Virus genome (UHGV): UHGV-0213395
From: a virus
Strand: one strand, 5' to 3'
Length of the DNA stretch: 43,313 nt
Positions 43,256 through 43,313 of the stretch are shown here, one piece after another. The notes below the pieces were generated by a model. That model saw only the letters and a list, made by a program, of their open reading frames with translations, did not search any database and had not been told where the DNA came from. The position numbers were made by a program, and so were the translations under genes. Positions within the stretch are counted from its first letter, which is position 1. The number at the start of each line of letters is the position of its first letter.

Positions 43256-43313
43256 TTGCCTTTATTTAAAGGAATCCACTGTGGTTAAATAGGACAAATC
43301 CTAAGCACGAGGA

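Noticed and set aside
1-43313. Integrase, attachment site, tRNA/rRNA genes, CRISPR array
   Set aside because: No tyrosine or serine recombinase-like ORF, no short regularly spaced direct repeats, and no tRNA-like cloverleaf candidates were recognised by eye in intergenic regions. Absence cannot be proven without tRNAscan or CRISPR tools.

Overview
The window reads as a complete or near-complete ~43.3 kb genome of a tailed dsDNA phage with a long non-contractile (siphovirus-type) tail, not as bacterial chromosome. No integrase, attachment-site, tRNA, rRNA or CRISPR signal was recognised, so it is probably a virulent phage; calls below rest on ORF architecture and motifs read by eye, with no database search. 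Minus-strand structural module: small and large terminase, portal, head morphogenesis protein, scaffold, major capsid protein, neck proteins and major tail protein (13808 down to 1393), continuing at the other window end with tail chaperones, tape measure, tail-tip proteins, J-like fibre and beta-helix tailspike (42764 down to 32898). The window ends look contiguous: a Shine-Dalgarno GAGGA at 43309-43313 sits 6 nt before the ATG at 7, so the genome appears circularly permuted. Plus-strand replication module (20687-32868): helicase-primase, RecB/Cas4-like nuclease, SSB-like protein, family A DNA polymerase, VRR-NUC nuclease, C5 cytosine methyltransferase and SNF2-type helicase. Minus-strand early region (20204 down to 13939) holds many small genes plus the holin-holin-endolysin cassette. 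Most noteworthy: (1) an antisense accessory cassette between the major tail and chaperone genes encoding a secreted protein, an HTH-metallophosphoesterase fusion and a small protein; (2) a near-identical 33-bp promoter reused four times, and an AATAG-N4-CTATT operator-like palindrome at seven or more promoters, next to a lone antisense Cro/XRE-type regulator; (3) a methyltransferase whose conserved motifs are split between two reading frames; (4) overlapping spanin genes displaced into the head operon and flanked by 12-bp direct repeats; (5) an AT-rich 43-codon membrane-peptide gene inside the neck gene cluster; (6) a 38-codon remnant of an HNH homing-endonuclease N-terminus between holin and endolysin.
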